A DNA stretch of 64,000 bases from Chloroflexota bacterium. GTDB lineage: Bacteria; Chloroflexota; Limnocylindria; Limnocylindrales; CSP1-4. The notes below the pieces were generated by a model that worked only from the letters and a program-made list of their open reading frames with translations, was not told where the DNA came from and made no database searches. A program made the translations under genes and the position numbers. Shown one piece after another: positions 34,465 to 43,809 of the stretch. The DNA lies in assembly GCA_025358515.1 (NCBI GenBank), contig JANYJG010000061.1, positions 18,113 to 82,112 of the forward strand, read 5' to 3'. Position 1 is the first letter of the stretch. Each line of letters starts with the position of its first letter.

Positions 34465-36750
34465 TCATTTCTTGGTGGGCCTGGATGATGGCTGCGCTGT
34501 TGGGACAAACGGGTTCGCGGCTGTAGGCGTTGGCGCGGGTGCCGAGCTCGCGGATCCAGGCGACCCCAGCGAAGCCTTCATGAGGTCCCCGCTCTCGATC
34601 CAGTACATCGTCGGGCTGGTCCCGTTGGGTCCGGGCTTCACGAACAAGCCCTGGACAGCAGAGAGCCGCGGCGAGTTGGGTAGAGCCATGTACTGCGCCT
34701 GGAACGCGCCGTCGACTTTCGTAAACGCGACGACCCGGCGGTTCAATCCGTCGTAAGCGTAAAAGGTGCCCTTATCCTGGTCCGGGTTGTCGCCAGCCAT
34801 CTTGGTGTACACAGGTGCATTCGGCCGAAGCATCTTGTCCCCGTTCACGTCGTGCCCGCCGGGAGCATCGGGCGACCAAGTGTGGACGGCGTTGCCCAAG
34901 TCGAAGCGATTGATCGTCCCTCCGTTAACAAGGTAGACGCTGCCGTCGACGTACAGGTCGTCCACCCGCGAAACCTCCTGCGGAACCTTGAGGTAGTTGG
35001 CGCGATCGAGGGCCGGCCACATGCTGCCGTCGGGCGCCTCCGGGTAGCGGAGTACTTGTTGGGCGCCTGGGACGACGACGTAGATGCTGTATTGGCCGAG
35101 GTCCGGGTTGGTGATGTAAGTGCCCATGGCCCGCACGCCCGACCCCCACGTCACGGAGTCGGAGAGTTTGAGTCTGAAGAGAGTGCCCTTCACGCTCGTC
35201 GACCCATTTGCAGAGCGCCACCGCCAGATGTTGTTGAAGTCGTCGAGAATCAGGAGATCGGCCGCTCCGACCGTCAGGACACGGGGTCGGCCGACGGTGT
35301 AGCCGTTGACGACCTCGCCGGCGTGGGCCACAACAACCTTGCTGCCGGTTGCCAGATTGACGCGGTTTACGGTCTGATCGGTTGAGTCGATGATGTACGC
35401 AAAGCCGTCCGGGCCAAGCGTGACCGCAGTCAGGTTGTCCGATCCGAACGACAGGACGATCTCCGTCGTCACGTAGTTGACGCCGAAGTAGGTGTTCAAT
35501 CCGGCCACGACCTTCGACCGCGAATCAACCAGCTGGGAGACGCTATAGCCGTTGTCCTGCGCTACCTGGAGTTTTTGGTATGCCTCCTTAAGGTAGACCG
35601 CCGCCCTACTCGGATCGCTCGCAACCAGATCGCGGCCGCTGCCGTAAACCGCGTCCAGGTCCTGCTGCGCAACCGCGTATGCCTCCTGCGCTCGTTGCTG
35701 TTGATCCTGGCCCTCCTTTTGATTGAAACCCCCGAATTGCCACGTGGCGGTGCCAATGAGAGTGACCATGAGCAGTAGACCCATGACTGCCACGGCGGCA
35801 CGCTTCTGGCGTTCCCGCTGGATGGCCATTGACGTCACCCTGCCGCGCGGCAGGTTTCGCCGCGGCATCAGATCGAAGACGCTGTAGAAACCTCGCCGAA
35901 TGAGGCCGTCGGCGGAATGCGAAACGCGTTTGGCCGAACTCTGGACGGCCGCCAGACCGTCGCCAACGGCGTCGGCCAGCGGAATCGGTGAGCGGTCCGG
36001 CTTGCCGGCGTTGGGGTCGCTCGGCCAGACCGACTTGAGGGGCGCCATCTTGTGGGTCGACCCGACCTCGCCTGCCTCGATGGCGATCATCCCGTCGCCG
36101 CCGCTGCTGCCCAGGCCTCCGGACCCGAACTGGCGGTGGATCTGCTCGACGGCGGCCTGCGGGTGGAGCTGGACGACGGCATCCTGAATCGGCACCAGAC
36201 CGAGGCGGCGGGTTACGTTGGGCGACATCAGGAGAAGGCAGTCGCCAACCGCCATCTCACCGTGCCACACCTGCGGATCGGCCGCATCCTCCGACGGAAG
36301 TCCACTTTCGGGACTCGGATCGGGCAGCGTTAGCAGTCTTGCCTGGCGCAGCAGGTATGCCTCGGCCGGGCCGACTGTGGCAACGTAGAGTTCCGAGCCA
36401 CGCACGACGGCCAGGGCCAGCCCTATCGGCCCGGGTTCGCCGCGGCGGGAGACCAGCCGCTCATTCGAGTGCAAAAGCTGCTTATTCGCCGCCCGGATTG
36501 CCTTCTTGAGGCAGACGACGATGCCGGCCGACTCGTCGTAGTAGTAATCGTCTCGGACCTTCTCCGCCGCCATCTTGGTGGCGTCTCGGAGCTTGCGACC
36601 GCCGGCCCCCGTGGCGAGCAGATACAGGTTGCCCTTGGTGCGAGCCGTGGACCCAACTGTCGGCTCGACGATCATGGTTGTGTCCGGCGAGTCTGATAGT
36701 CGTTCTGTCTCGGCGACGACACCGAGTTTCATCTGTAACCGGATTGTCAT
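34465..36750 (-). CDS. Membrane protein: cytoplasmic PP2C-like (probably degenerate) domain, 1 TM, extracellular beta-propeller-like domain
   Basis: The N-terminal 230 aa resemble the PPM fold (GNLYLLATGAGG ... LALAVVRGSELYVATVGPAEAYLL ... GDCLLLMSPNV), but I do not see the usual metal-binding Asp motifs. TM: AAVAVMGLLLMVTLIGTATW. About 430 aa of repetitive beta-strand sequence follow. Confidence 0.55.
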   Translation of the reverse strand: MTIRLQMKLGVVAETERLSDSPDTTMIVEPTVGSTARTKGNLYLLATGAGGRKLRDATKMAAEKVRDDYYYDESAGIVVCLKKAIRAANKQLLHSNERLVSRRGEPGPIGLALAVVRGSELYVATVGPAEAYLLRQARLLTLPDPSPESGLPSEDAADPQVWHGEMAVGDCLLLMSPNVTRRLGLVPIQDAVVQLHPQAAVEQIHRQFGSGGLGSSGGDGMIAIEAGEVGSTHKMAPLKSVWPSDPNAGKPDRSPIPLADAVGDGLAAVQSSAKRVSHSADGLIRRGFYSVFDLMPRRNLPRGRVTSMAIQRERQKRAAVAVMGLLLMVTLIGTATWQFGGFNQKEGQDQQQRAQEAYAVAQQDLDAVYGSGRDLVASDPSRAAVYLKEAYQKLQVAQDNGYSVSQLVDSRSKVVAGLNTYFGVNYVTTEIVLSFGSDNLTAVTLGPDGFAYIIDSTDQTVNRVNLATGSKVVVAHAGEVVNGYTVGRPRVLTVGAADLLILDDFNNIWRWRSANGSTSVKGTLFRLKLSDSVTWGSGVRAMGTYITNPDLGQYSIYVVVPGAQQVLRYPEAPDGSMWPALDRANYLKVPQEVSRVDDLYVDGSVYLVNGGTINRFDLGNAVHTWSPDAPGGHDVNGDKMLRPNAPVYTKMAGDNPDQDKGTFYAYDGLNRRVVAFTKVDGAFQAQYMALPNSPRLSAVQGLFVKPGPNGTSPTMYWIESGDLMKASLGSPGSASSAPAPTPTAANPFVPTAQPSSRPTKK

Positions 36751-36840
36751 GAGTACCGCTAGCGGCGGGGGAACGTCAGGGCGGCGCCGGTTCGCTCCGA
36801 ACGCTCCTCAGCGCGTCAGGACCGGCGTCACAGGTCGCGA

Positions 36841-37173
36841 TTATACGTGCCGCAAGGTGACGCGGATCTGGCGGATAGAGCCCCCCACAAGAGGACGGAG
36901 GGCTACGAGCAGCTCTTGTGACCGAAGGCGGATCTCTTGGGCAACGATGGCCTCGTCGGCTTGGACGGTGACGACCCCCTGTGACAGGGCCTTCAGGCGG
37001 CATTCGCCGACGGCCGCCGGGACGCGTTCGGCGATCAGGCGGAGCCACGCTGCCGCTGCGTTGGCCAGCTCCAGCTCATCTTCGAGGCCGTACTCGCGGG
37101 CAGTCTGGGGCAGTAGATCGCCGATCTTCTCCATGCGTCGACGATGTTCGCGGTCGTCGCCCCCGCCGGTCAT
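36841..37173 (-). CDS. DUF721 (DciA-type) protein
   Basis: 110 aa. ATGA overlap with the recF stop. C-terminal GVVTVQADEAIVAQEIRLRSQELLVAL is typical of DUF721. The recF-DUF721 position is conserved. The longer ORF to 37536 is a shadow inside recF. Confidence 0.8.
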   Translation of the reverse strand: MTGGGDDREHRRRMEKIGDLLPQTAREYGLEDELELANAAAAWLRLIAERVPAAVGECRLKALSQGVVTVQADEAIVAQEIRLRSQELLVALRPLVGGSIRQIRVTLRHV

Positions 37174-38354
37174 GCCTCGCCCTCCTGGACAGTGGCCCCG
37201 TCGGCGGCCGGAAGCACCCGCCAGCCATGGGCACGCCGCCGTAGGTCGGGGTCTATGTCGTCCGGGTCGGTGGCAGTCACGAGCGCCTGAGGCAACTCGG
37301 CAATGCGCCGGACAAGGTGACCGCGCCGGGCCGGGTCCAGCTCGCTGAAGACATCGTCCAGCAGCAGCAGGGGGGGCCGTCCGTCCAGACTCGTGAGCAC
37401 GTCCAGCTCCGCAAGCTTGAGGGCCAGGATCGCCGTTCGCTGCTGTCCACGCGAGGCGAAGGTCGCCAGATCGCGCCCGCCGAGATGGAAGGCAATGTCG
37501 TCCCGATGCGGACCGACCAGCGTGGAACCGTTCCAAACCTCCTTCTCCGCCGTTTCACCTAGACGCCGAGCGAGGGAGTCGCGGGGGGTTTCGCCCGGCC
37601 TCATGGGGGCGTTGGTTTCGTAGCTAATGGTCAGGGCGTCCTCCGACGGGGCGATCTCCCGGTGGGCGGCGGCCAACGGCTCTGCCAGCAGCTCCAAGAC
37701 CCGCAGCCGGGTCGCCACGATGGCCGCGCCGGCAGCCAGGAACGGCTCGTCCCAGTAGCGGAGTTGGGCTCGATCGGCCTCGCCCTCCCTGATCGAGCGG
37801 AGCAGGCTGTTGCGCTGCTGGAGTGCGCGACTGTACGTAGTCAGGTTCGAGGCGTAACTGCGGTCGTGGGGGCCTGTGAGGCCGTCCAGGGCCGTCCGGC
37901 GGAGCGTTGGCGGCCCCACCACCAGGAGCATCTCTTCCGGGGCAAACAGCACGGTCCGCAGATGGTCCGACAGAGCGGCCGGTCGGCGGGGTACACCGTT
38001 GACCTGGATCCTCTTCCGGCCGCCGCCCGCCTGCAGGCTGACGTCCAGAGCCGCGCCCATTGGCCTGGCCGCATCGTCATCGGCATCGGCATCGTCGGCA
38101 TCGGGGTCCGGGCCGTGGCCGGTCGGGGCGCCCTCCGCCGCCAGACCCATGATCCCCTCGATGCGCAGGTAATCGGCTCCCCAACGGATCAGTTCCGCGT
38201 CCGTGCTGGTGCGATGCGATCGCCCCAGACCGAGCAGAACGACCGCCTCCAGAAGGGTCGTCTTGCCCGCGGCGTTGGGACCCCAGATCAGCTGCGGCCC
38301 TGACCCGAGGCGGATGTCCAACGTGGCGTAGCCGCGCAAATTCCGGACGGACAA
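37170..38354 (-). CDS. recF: DNA replication and repair protein RecF
   Basis: Walker A GPNAAGKTTLLEA, signature SRGQQRT, Walker B LLLLDDVFSELD. TTG start. Contains an acidic insertion, GPDPDADDADADDD. Confidence 0.93.
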   Translation of the reverse strand: MSVRNLRGYATLDIRLGSGPQLIWGPNAAGKTTLLEAVVLLGLGRSHRTSTDAELIRWGADYLRIEGIMGLAAEGAPTGHGPDPDADDADADDDAARPMGAALDVSLQAGGGRKRIQVNGVPRRPAALSDHLRTVLFAPEEMLLVVGPPTLRRTALDGLTGPHDRSYASNLTTYSRALQQRNSLLRSIREGEADRAQLRYWDEPFLAAGAAIVATRLRVLELLAEPLAAAHREIAPSEDALTISYETNAPMRPGETPRDSLARRLGETAEKEVWNGSTLVGPHRDDIAFHLGGRDLATFASRGQQRTAILALKLAELDVLTSLDGRPPLLLLDDVFSELDPARRGHLVRRIAELPQALVTATDPDDIDPDLRRRAHGWRVLPAADGATVQEGEA

Positions 38355-38437
38355 CGAGCGAAGTAGGGTCGCCGGCCTGGCGCCAGGCGCGACTGGGCGA
38401 TCGTCCGGGATCTGCGGCTCCTAATGGTCGTCCCGAC

Positions 38438-39556
38438 CTACGAGGTCGTCTTGACCGGCATTACGACGTGAACGTACTGGCTGTCGCCCACCGGCCTGAA
38501 CACGCCGGGCGAGAGCGGCCCGTTGAGCTCGAGCTGGAACTCCGCGACGTTGACGTTTGCCAGGACGTCCAGTAGGTATCGGGCGTTGAACGCAATGGTC
38601 GTGCCGTCGCCCTCGACCGTGGCTTCGACCTCGCTGCGATTGTCTCCGGTATCGGCAGCTGCGCTGACGGTGATGCCGGCGCCCTCGTCCTTGCCGACAT
38701 GGAGCTTGACGATGTTCGCCGATGAACTGGCGATAAAGCTGGCTAGGCGAACGGCCTTGAGGAGGTGGTCGCGATCGACCGTAGCCGTCGTGGTGTGGGT
38801 TTTAGGCAGGACCTGCTGATAGTTGGGGAACTGGCCGTCGATAAGCCGGCTGACCAGGTCCAAACCTTCGAGATGGAACAGGATCTGGTTACGGCTCGGG
38901 GAGAGAACCACCTTGACTTCGTCGTCCGTGTCGGTAAGAACGCGACCGAGCTCGCGCAGCGATCGGGCCGGAATAACGATACTCGTGTCCTCGACCGCGT
39001 CCAGCGTCTGGATCGTCTTGACCGCGATGCGGTAGTTGTCCGCGGCCGCCAGGGTGAGTTGGTTGCCCTCGAACTTCGCCAGGACGCCGGTCAGGATTGG
39101 GCGGGCCTCGTCGGAAGCGGCAGCAAATTCGACCTCACTGAGAGCCTGGCGCAGGATCCGCTGCAAAATACGTGTGGTCGGTCGCTCGCCGGCCGAGGGG
39201 ATTGCCGGAAATTCTTCGGCATCGATGCCTTTGACTCGGGTCTCAAACCGGCCTGCTTTGATGTGGAGTGTGTCCTGAGGCAGTAGCTCAAGGTCGACAC
39301 GCTCGCTGGGCGGAAGACCGGTGACGATGTCCGTCAAGAGCCTGGCCGGAACGGTCAGGGCCCCGCCGACATCGATCTTGCATGCCACCCAGTACGTCAT
39401 TCCGATCTCGAGGTTGGTGGCCGTCAGTTTCAGCCCACCCTCCTCGGTCCGGAGTAGGACGTTGTTCAGCACAGGCAGCGTGCTCTTGGCCGAGACGGCG
39501 TGACTTACGACCTGGAGACCGCGAGCCAGGTTCTCCTGCATAACCGAGAGTTTCAC
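38438..39556 (-). CDS. dnaN: DNA polymerase III beta sliding clamp
   Basis: 372 aa. LPVLNNVLLRTEEGGLKLTATNLEIG ... three-domain clamp pattern. Confidence 0.95.
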   Translation of the reverse strand: MKLSVMQENLARGLQVVSHAVSAKSTLPVLNNVLLRTEEGGLKLTATNLEIGMTYWVACKIDVGGALTVPARLLTDIVTGLPPSERVDLELLPQDTLHIKAGRFETRVKGIDAEEFPAIPSAGERPTTRILQRILRQALSEVEFAAASDEARPILTGVLAKFEGNQLTLAAADNYRIAVKTIQTLDAVEDTSIVIPARSLRELGRVLTDTDDEVKVVLSPSRNQILFHLEGLDLVSRLIDGQFPNYQQVLPKTHTTTATVDRDHLLKAVRLASFIASSSANIVKLHVGKDEGAGITVSAAADTGDNRSEVEATVEGDGTTIAFNARYLLDVLANVNVAEFQLELNGPLSPGVFRPVGDSQYVHVVMPVKTTS

Positions 39557-39636
39557 TTCGGCTTTACTCCCCTGAGGTCGTAGAGGCGGGCATGCAATCC
39601 TGGGCTTTCTAGAGGTGGTGGGGCCAATCGTAGCGC

Positions 39637-39926
39637 TTATAGATTGTCTATCTATCTTCTCATCTAGTCATCATCGTCATCATGGTGTGGACACGGTGGG
39701 TTCGCCGCACGACCATGAGGAATTCGACGGTGCATTAACTGCCATGGACAGGGTACCGGTAGCCACGAAATGGGGACGGTGACACCCGCGACTTGTGGAC
39801 AATTCTACAGAAGCACATTTCGCGGCCGCCGACACGGCGATTTGGTCCACCTGTTCATACCCAACCGGCCAGGCACTTGTCCACATCGGGCGCCCGTTAT
39901 CCACCGATTAGGGCCGGTTATCCACG
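39637..39926. other. Chromosomal replication origin (oriC) candidate: AT-rich stretch plus DnaA-box cluster
   Basis: AT-rich stretch at 39637..39683 (TTATAGATTGTCTATCTATCTTCTCATCTAGTCATCATCGTCATCAT). DnaA-box-like 9-mers: TGTGGACAC 39686, TGTGGACAA 39794, TTGTCCACA 39877, TTATCCACC 39897, TTATCCACG 39918. It lies upstream of dnaN in a 508-bp non-coding gap. Confidence 0.7.
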
Positions 39927-40064
39927 ACTGGCTGTCCGATTCACACCAGACAGTCACTACCTGAAGGCCCGGTTAGCAATTCGTAGGCCGAGTTTCACCA
40001 GCCCCCGATCCAGCTGGCCATCGGCAGATTATGGGGATGCGGGGCCGCTGCTACTCTGCTTCTG

Positions 40065-41093
40065 ATGGGCATCTCCGAGTTCTCAGGGCGGTTGGGTGCG
40101 ATTGGAATCGCAGCCGCCACCCGAGGCGGCCCGCTGCAGCAGGAGTTGGTCGCAGCTGCCTTCGACGGCGCCGAGGAAATGGCCGTTGCCGGCCGACTCG
40201 TCGCCCGGGGTAATGATCAGAGTTCCGTCCGAGTCTTGCTCGGCCTAGGCTCCCCGCCGGCTTTCGCCAAAGTATTCGATGACCCAAGGATGTGCCCCAG
40301 GGCAGTCTGGATTGGCGAGCCGCTGCCTGCACTCGGCGCTTTCCGAGGCGGCGTCGCGGCCTCCAACCGAGCTCGCGCGTTCGCTGGCGGCCGGCGAGTC
40401 TTGCAGGTCCTGCCGCGTGGCCGACTGCGTGACGCCATTGCCCATTTGGGTGGATCGACGGCCGATCTGGAGTCTTGGTACCACCTGGACCAAGCTCTCA
40501 AGCTGGCAGGCCACGCGGACCGGTTCGTCGTCACCAGCCGTGATGGAGCGGCAATCCTAGCTTCAGTCGGGGTCCAAGCAGATGTAGTCCCGTTCGGATA
40601 CGCCGCCAAGGTCCACGGCGTCTTGGCAGTCGGGGGCGATCGCGATATCGAAACCTTGATGCTGGGCGGCTACTCAGGCCCGAGAAGTCACCGGCGCAGG
40701 AATTGGATCGAAGCGGCCCGGCAGCAGGGTCTGCCGATCGCGATCGCCCAAGGGGAGTGGGGTGAGTCGCGAAACGCGTTGCTGCGCCGGTCGAGGGTCG
40801 TCCTGCACATCCACCGGATCCCCGGCACTTTCATCGGCCTCAGGCTCGTGTTGGCGCTCGCCGCGGGCTCGGTGGTGGTCAGCGAGCCGATGCGCGATCC
40901 TCACCCCTTCGTACCGGGCATCCACTTCATCGAGGCGCCACTGGACCAGCTGGCATCGGAGGCCACCGCCCTATTGGCCGACGAGGCTCGCCGCCGCCGG
41001 ATCGTGGAGGCGGGTCAGACGCTCCTGGCAGAGGAGCTAACCATGGGCCGGTGCCTCTCCCGCGTCCTTGACCTGGCCGGGGCGAACGGCTAG
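40065..41093 (+). CDS. Hypothetical protein with a glycosyltransferase-like (CgeB/Glyco_trans_1_2-type) C-terminal domain
   Basis: C-terminal RSRVVLHIHRIPGTFIGLRLVLALAAGSVVVSEPM ... FIEAPLDQLASEATALLADEARRRRI resembles the GT-B C-lobe of that family. The assignment is tentative. Confidence 0.4.
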   Translation: MGISEFSGRLGAIGIAAATRGGPLQQELVAAAFDGAEEMAVAGRLVARGNDQSSVRVLLGLGSPPAFAKVFDDPRMCPRAVWIGEPLPALGAFRGGVAASNRARAFAGGRRVLQVLPRGRLRDAIAHLGGSTADLESWYHLDQALKLAGHADRFVVTSRDGAAILASVGVQADVVPFGYAAKVHGVLAVGGDRDIETLMLGGYSGPRSHRRRNWIEAARQQGLPIAIAQGEWGESRNALLRRSRVVLHIHRIPGTFIGLRLVLALAAGSVVVSEPMRDPHPFVPGIHFIEAPLDQLASEATALLADEARRRRIVEAGQTLLAEELTMGRCLSRVLDLAGANG

Positions 41094-42223
41094 CAGCGGC
41101 TTGTCACGGCGAACGAACGGACGGCGGAGATGACCTGGTCGATCTCGGAGTCGGTCAGGCCCGGGAAGAGCGGCAGCGTGACAAGCCTTGGCCAGGCTTC
41201 CTCCGTGACCGGCAGCGGTCGCGCGTAGGGCACGTACGGGCGGTAGAGGTGGGTGGGCTTGTAGTGGACGCTCGTGGCCACGCCGCGACCGGCCATGTGT
41301 TCAATGAATCGGTTGCGCTCGTCGACCCGAATGGCGTAGAGATGCCAGGCGGATCGGACGTGGTCCAGTTCTGCCGGCAGCGTCAGCCAGTCCAGTCCGG
41401 CGAATGCCGCCGAGTAAAGCCCCGCGATTGCTCGGCGCCGGCCGTTGGTCTCGCCGAGGCGGCGCAGCTGGACCAGACCGATGGCGGCCGGAAGGTCGCT
41501 CAAGTGGGCCTTGAGGCCGATCTCCTCGATGTCGTAGTCCCAGCTGTAGCTGTCGACGCCGGTTCTCTCCCAGGTGCTACGGCTCAAGCCGAGCCGGCTC
41601 ATCTTTCGCAACCGTTCCGCAAGCTCCGCACCGGCGAGAGTTATGGCGCCGCCCTCTCCCATCGCCAGGTTCTTGACCGCGTGGAAGCTGAAGCAGGTGA
41701 GATCGGCGATGGAGCCGACCGACCGCCCGCGATAGCTTGCCCCGCACGAGTGGGCCGCATCCTCGACCAGCGTCGCTCCAAACTTGTGCGCCAGCGCGGC
41801 AATGCGATCCAATTCGGCAGGGTGCCCGCCGTAGTCGACCGCCATGACCGCAGCCGTGCGGGGCGTGATGAGCCGCTCGACCTCGGCCGGATCGATCGTA
41901 AGCGTGTCGGGGTCAACATCGGCGAAGACTGGTATCCCGCCGGCCTGCAGAATAGCGTGGTTGGTCGAGACGAACGTCAGGGCGGGCGTGATGACCTCCC
42001 GCTCGGCCGGGTGTCGGCCCGCCAGGTTCAAAGTCGCCAGCGAGAGAAGAAGAGCGGAACTCGCCGAGTTGGTGCCGACGCAATGCCCAGCCCCGACCGC
42101 CTCAGCGAAGCGGCTCTCGAACTCGGCCGTCTTGGGCCCGAGCCCCCACCAGCCGGATCGCAGCACGTCCACCACCGCGGCCTCTTCCTCGGGGCCGGAG
42201 GTTGGGCGAAAGACCGGGATCAC
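41090..42223 (-). CDS. DegT/DnrJ/EryC1/StrS-family PLP-dependent sugar aminotransferase
   Basis: MIPVFRPTSGPEEEAAVVDVLRSGWWGLGPKTAEFE ... CFSFHAVKNLAMGEGGAI (PLP lysine context). Confidence 0.92.
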   Translation of the reverse strand: MIPVFRPTSGPEEEAAVVDVLRSGWWGLGPKTAEFESRFAEAVGAGHCVGTNSASSALLLSLATLNLAGRHPAEREVITPALTFVSTNHAILQAGGIPVFADVDPDTLTIDPAEVERLITPRTAAVMAVDYGGHPAELDRIAALAHKFGATLVEDAAHSCGASYRGRSVGSIADLTCFSFHAVKNLAMGEGGAITLAGAELAERLRKMSRLGLSRSTWERTGVDSYSWDYDIEEIGLKAHLSDLPAAIGLVQLRRLGETNGRRRAIAGLYSAAFAGLDWLTLPAELDHVRSAWHLYAIRVDERNRFIEHMAGRGVATSVHYKPTHLYRPYVPYARPLPVTEEAWPRLVTLPLFPGLTDSEIDQVISAVRSFAVTSRC

Positions 42224-42292
42224 GCGCCAATGCTATGTCCGACACTCGCGCAGCGCACAGTCCACCAGAGTGCCTCTGTTAGCATCCGCCAC

Positions 42293-42934
42293 ATGCCTAC
42301 CCGTCGGGTGATTCTCGTAGGAGCCGGCTCATTTGCCGAGGAGATCTCAGACCTGGCCGTCAGCGCCGGACTTGAGGTGGCCGCGTGGGTCGAGGGCCTT
42401 GATCCGGACGCCGTCGACGCCTCGCACGTCCCGCCGATAGTCTGGGTGGACGATCAAGCCGGCTGGCAGCCGTATCTGGCGATATTGCCCGCCATCGGAT
42501 CGGTGAAGCGCATGGGTATCGTTCGCCGCCTCGTAGGAGAAGGGCGCCGCCTCGCCACGCTCATCCACCCCTCTGCCGTGGTGTCCCCTTCGGCAATAGT
42601 GGAGCCCGGCTGCGTGGTGTTTCCGCTTGTGGTCATAGGGGCAAGATCGAGGATCGGCGAGGGCACCGTTCTCAATAGGGGCTCCCTTGTCGGGCACCAC
42701 ACGGACATCGGTCGCTACTCGTTCCTCGGCCCTGGGGCGAATGTGGCCGGCAAGGTGGTCCTGGGGGAGCAGGTATTCGTCGGAGCTGGAGCGGTCGTGA
42801 GAGATCGGATCCGAGTTGGCGACAGGGCGACGTTAGGGATGGGTGCGGTCGTGGTCGCGGACGTTCCGGCCGGGGTAACGGTAGTGGGGGTTCCCGCGCG
42901 CCCGGTCGTCGCTCGACGAGGACCAACCGAGTGA
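42293..42934 (+). CDS. NeuD/PglD-type sugar N-acetyltransferase (left-handed beta-helix)
   Basis: ATG 42293. N-terminal Rossmann-like RRVILVGAGSFAEEI, then hexapeptide repeats (IGEGTVLNRGSLVGHHTDIGRYSFLGPGANVAGKVVLGEQVFVGAGAVV). The upstream part of ORF 41249.. is an antisense shadow of the aminotransferase gene. Confidence 0.85.
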   Translation: MPTRRVILVGAGSFAEEISDLAVSAGLEVAAWVEGLDPDAVDASHVPPIVWVDDQAGWQPYLAILPAIGSVKRMGIVRRLVGEGRRLATLIHPSAVVSPSAIVEPGCVVFPLVVIGARSRIGEGTVLNRGSLVGHHTDIGRYSFLGPGANVAGKVVLGEQVFVGAGAVVRDRIRVGDRATLGMGAVVVADVPAGVTVVGVPARPVVARRGPTE

Positions 42935-43785
42935 CCGACGAACTTATCGTCAATCTGTGTCCCACCGGGATGGTGCCAACTAAAGCGGACAACCCGCACC
43001 TTCCCGTGACGCCTCACGAAGTCGCTTCGGACGTCCGACGCTGCGCCGACGCCGGCGCCTCAATCGTTCACATTCACCCTCGTGACGAAGCCGGCCGGCC
43101 GACGCAGGATCCCGCGCGGGCGGCTGAGTACATCCGGGCGGCCCGGAATCAGACTCCGGAGATCGTCATCTGCATCACTACGAGCGGCAGGGCACAACCG
43201 GAACTGGCCGGCCGGGTCAAAGTCGTCGAACTCGAGGGCGACGCAAGGCCGGAGATGGCCAGCCTGACGTTGGGCTCACTCAACTTTCCCAATCAGCCTT
43301 CGATAAACGCGCCTCAGACCATCGACGGGCTGGCTCGTGCGATGCAGGAGCGGGGCGTTGTGCCCGAATGGGAGATCTTCGACTTTGGCATGCTCGACTA
43401 CGCCCTATACCTGCGCGATCGCGGGCTGCTGACCGGGCCGGTCTACGCCAACTTGCTGCTCGGATCGTTGGGGTCACTCGCGGCCACGCCCCTCAACCTG
43501 GCCCTGCTGGTTGAACGTCTGCCCAAAGGATCAACCTGGGCCGCGGCCGGGATAGGGCGCTACCAGTTCGCGATGAATCGCCTGGCCATCGCCATGGGCG
43601 GCGGCGTGCGCGTCGGCCTGGAAGACAACCTTTGGTTCGACCACTCGCGGACCGATGCGGCGTCGAACCCACGCCTGGTGGAACGTCTCGTGACTATCGG
43701 ACGGGCGATGGGCCGCGAGCCGGCCACGCCGGCTCAGGTACGTGAGCGCCTGGGCATCCCACAGCGCAACCCCGCCGCCGCGTGA
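42931..43785 (+). CDS. BKACE family (DUF849, 3-keto-5-aminohexanoate cleavage-like) enzyme
   Basis: VNLCPTGMVPTKADNPHLPVTPHEVASDVRRCADAGASIVHIHPRDEAGRP ... GGGVRVGLEDN. Confidence 0.85.
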   Translation: MTDELIVNLCPTGMVPTKADNPHLPVTPHEVASDVRRCADAGASIVHIHPRDEAGRPTQDPARAAEYIRAARNQTPEIVICITTSGRAQPELAGRVKVVELEGDARPEMASLTLGSLNFPNQPSINAPQTIDGLARAMQERGVVPEWEIFDFGMLDYALYLRDRGLLTGPVYANLLLGSLGSLAATPLNLALLVERLPKGSTWAAAGIGRYQFAMNRLAIAMGGGVRVGLEDNLWFDHSRTDAASNPRLVERLVTIGRAMGREPATPAQVRERLGIPQRNPAAA

Positions 43786-43809
43786 TCCAATGCCCGCGTG
43801 GCGGACCTC

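Noticed and set aside
36841-37536. 231-aa version of the ORF downstream of recF
   Set aside because: Residues upstream of MTGGGDD overlap recF coding sequence and are low complexity. The 110-aa DUF721 protein starting at the ATGA overlap (37173) fits conserved recF-DUF721 coupling.
39680-40065. Three small ORFs (39680-39904 minus, 39770-39964 plus, 39793-40065 plus) in the dnaN upstream gap
   Set aside because: They sit on the DnaA-box cluster, have no SD and have odd composition. The region is better explained as oriC.
41249-42292. N-terminal 348 aa of the 561-aa ORF 41249..42934
   Set aside because: This part is antisense to the DegT aminotransferase and has no recognisable features. Only the segment from ATG 42293 (NeuD/PglD-like acetyltransferase) looks real.
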